A stretch of DNA of 64,000 nucleotides, taken from positions 21,082,001 through 21,146,000 of the forward strand of contig CM059433.1 of the NCBI GenBank assembly GCA_030390025.1, read 5' to 3'. Position 1 is the stretch's first letter. Each line of letters begins with the position of its first letter. This DNA comes from Squalus acanthias (taxonomy: Eukaryota). Under the pieces are notes generated by a model that did not search any database, was not told the DNA's origin, and worked only from the letters and a program-made list of their open reading frames with translations. The translations under genes were made by a program, and so were the position numbers. Positions 62,871 through 64,000 of this stretch are shown here, piece after piece.

Positions 62871-64000
62871 TTAGACCAGAGTAGGAGTGGCAGCTGTCAA
62901 TTCAACCAATCAGACTGACATTACTTTCTTGCACTGTTGATTGCAGACAAAGTTGATTTAGAAAAGTTTCAAGCTCAGCTGATAGCTTTGTGAGAATTAT
63001 CAATGCGAATTTTAATTCAGAATTTGCAGGGGCTGAGACGAGTGCCAAATCCCACTGACCTCTGCAGCGTGAGGCCCTGGAAAGTTTAACTCCCAGTCCT
63101 CATCTGCATGACCCATTGAAACCGGCAGGAAGTGACAACTGGTAAAGAGAGAGAGAGAGAGAAACACAGAGAAACACCCTGTTGTGCTGGAGTGGGAAGA
63201 GAGAGACAGACATCCTATTTGGGGGTGGGTGAATAAAGAGAAATGGATACTTTTGAGTGGGATTGGGAAGACAGGTGGACAGATATTCTGTGGGAGGGAT
63301 GGAGAGAGAGAGACCTGCTGGGGCAAATGACCTTTTTGAGGTAGAGGTGGGGAGAGACATCCTATTAAGTGGGGAGATAGTGGAAGAGGCAGGAATATAA
63401 ACCCTATTTGGAGAAGGGTAGGCATCGCTGGTTCTTCTGGGGCAAGGGAAAGGTTCCTATTAGGATTTTGCAGGAGATTTTCCAGTAGTAATGCTTGCTG
63501 TACTAGTTTTCCTTAAGCGGTCAATTAACTATGGGGGCATGACCTGGGAACAGAGGGTCTCATATCAGATTGTAGTGAGGTCCGTGGATCATGCCACACT
63601 CACATCGATGAGTGATAGCTTAAAAGGAACAAGTTTACCTTGCAACTCACTCATGCAAGGGATTTAAGGGTAATTTTCCATAAGCTATGATTATAATAAT
63701 GCATTAACATTAAACATTCAAAAGTGTAGGCTCATGGACATTCAGTACTCATCACTGTAATAAGACATAAACTGAGGATGTCTCTCAAAAAATGTTAGAT
63801 TTAATTTAACTGCTGCAGTCCATTAAAAAACATCAACACATTAATCTGCTTACATTTAAATGCGTCTCATGATCTTATCAAATGTTTAAAAATCTTCCAC
63901 CCATTGAGCATGTCTCTCTTGCTGTCCATCAAGTGCCTGCTAGATTTCTATGTTACACCTATTCTGATCTTCAGAGCAGAAAGCCAGATTTCCTGTTGGT

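Overview
Vertebrate genomic DNA, most likely a cartilaginous fish (inferred from SacSINE1-like Deu-SINEs and the repeat repertoire). The window is intronic or intergenic and dominated by transposable elements; I could not identify any host gene with confidence. It contains about a dozen CR1 LINE pieces, one with a near-intact EN+RT ORF2 broken by a single stop. Other retroelements are two RTE fragments, one L2, a degraded L1/Tx1, two young Penelope (RT+GIY-YIG) copies each ending in a minimal hammerhead ribozyme, an older Penelope fossil, two solo LTRs with TSDs plus a probable third LTR, SINEs, and a possible DIRS/Ngaro fossil. DNA transposons are a TIR-to-TIR but defective Tigger4/Zombi-like pogo element and many non-autonomous elements with GG-starting TIRs and 3-bp TSDs (PIF/Harbinger-like MITEs, at least 6 families). 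The most notable structure is MITE family A: a chain of hairpins whose stems change sequence between copies while staying paired, plus promoter-like motifs and splice donors; one copy sits in frame with the near-intact CR1 ORF2. Family assignments rest on motif recognition, not database searches.
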